A DNA stretch of 64,000 bases from Octopus vulgaris (Eukaryota), in NCBI GenBank assembly GCA_951406725.2, contig OX597827.1:80662001-80726000 (forward strand), in the 5' to 3' direction. Position numbers and translations under genes: made by a program. Each line of letters opens with the position of its first letter. The first letter of the stretch is position 1. Positions 62,920 through 64,000 of the stretch are shown here, one piece after another. Below the pieces are notes generated by a model. It did not search any database, was not told where the DNA came from, and saw only the letters and a program-made list of their open reading frames with translations.

Positions 62920-63960
62920 GAGAGGAAGAGAGGGAGGGAGGGAGAGAAAGAGAGAGAGTATGTTATAGGAGAGAGGGAGTAAGCAAGAGAGAAAGGGGGT
63001 GGTGATGTGTGTGTGTGTGTGTGTGTGTATTGGCGAAAGAGAGTGATGAAGTGAGAGAGGGAGTGAGTGAGAGACGGAGGGAGGGAGGATGGAGTGTTTC
63101 CTTCCGGGAGGAGAGAGAGAGGAGAGAGAGAGAGAGAGAGAGTGAGTGAGAGTGAAATATGTGTAAAAAGTAAAGAGCAAAGCAATGGTGTCGCTTTGTT
63201 CCCTTTTCTGTCGATGTACTTACAGAGGCAGGGTTAAAGTGGTGTGTTGAGATAAAGGCTCCTCGGTCTACCCGGTCCATTCGGGGTAGATTCGCTGGAG
63301 GTAGGCAGCTCTGTCCGGGGTCTCTTACGTCAGACTGTTGATGTCAGCTGTAGCAGTAGTGGTGATGATGGTGGTGGCGGTGAGAGAGAGAGAGAGAGAG
63401 AGACAGAATAAGGGTCAAGGGAAAAGGCTAGGAGAGAGAGAGAGAGAGAGAGAGAAATAGTGGGAGGAAAGAGAAAGAAAGAAAGAAATGTGGTGGAAAT
63501 GGGAGTAAGGGCAAATGAGGTTTAGCGGGAGGAAGAGAAAGATTAAGAGTGGAACAGTAGTAGCTTTGGGTGAGGGAGGAATGGTAAAAGTGAAGGAACA
63601 AATGAAGTGGGAGGAAAGGGACTCCGTTAGAAAGGAAGAGGGTATTGTAGAGAGGGGTAGGGAAAGCTAACAGAGGAGGGAAAAGGAGTAGAAGGAAGAG
63701 ATTAAAAAGAGAGTAGGTAGAGGGATAGTGAGAGAAAGAAAGGGAAAAGTTGTCGGAAATTGAGTGTGAGTGAGAAAAAGAGAGTGAAAAAGAACAAGAA
63801 GTTTGAGGGAGGGGAATAACGAAAGGAAGGGAGAGAGAGAGAGAGAGAGGTGAGAGTTTATGGAATGTTATATGTGTAATGAGAAGGGGAGGAAAGAGAG
63901 AGAGAAAGATAAGTATAAAGTGGTGGAATGTTATGAAAGAATGAGGAAAAGGTGGTAGCA
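62920..63960. repeat. GA-rich low-complexity region with (GA)n and (GT)n runs
   Basis: Directly visible. Confidence 0.85.
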
Positions 63961-64000
63961 TAATGTTTTTGGTGAGAGTAGTAGCGTGAGGTAAAAGCCT

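Overview
This is AT-rich, repeat-dense eukaryotic DNA, most likely from an octopus (coleoid cephalopod). That assignment is inferred from a six-cadherin-repeat protocadherin, a long C2H2 zinc-finger gene and the SINE families present. Left third: the end of a young, head-to-tail protocadherin (PCDH) array on the minus strand. It holds the promoter/5'UTR exon of a paralog lying just off the left edge, one intact gene (predicted coding exons 9560-7296, 7124-6971, 6714-6638; about 831 aa; non-coding exon 1 ending at 14922), an internally deleted relic (19899-20731) and a displaced 255-bp fragment (32858-33112). A piggyBac-type MITE and a CR1-group LINE have independently entered the same TTAA site upstream of the two duplicated promoters. 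Middle: a decayed spliced gene resembling the N-terminal domain of the shelterin protein TIN2 (about 23802-27037), a hammerhead-ribozyme-like motif with a swapped G3:C8 core (24223-24273), and a ~1.4-kb 26-bp minisatellite grown inside a SINE. Right: an intact 15-finger C2H2 ZNF gene (56277-57809). The rest is SINEs, LINE fragments (CR1-group, RTE, Tx1/L1, R4/Dong-like, Penelope-like), mariner relics, non-autonomous Helitrons, several foldback hairpins and microsatellites. Most short ORFs in the supplied track are microsatellite or repeat artefacts. All alignments and family assignments were made by eye or from recall, with no searches run, and repeat boundaries are approximate.
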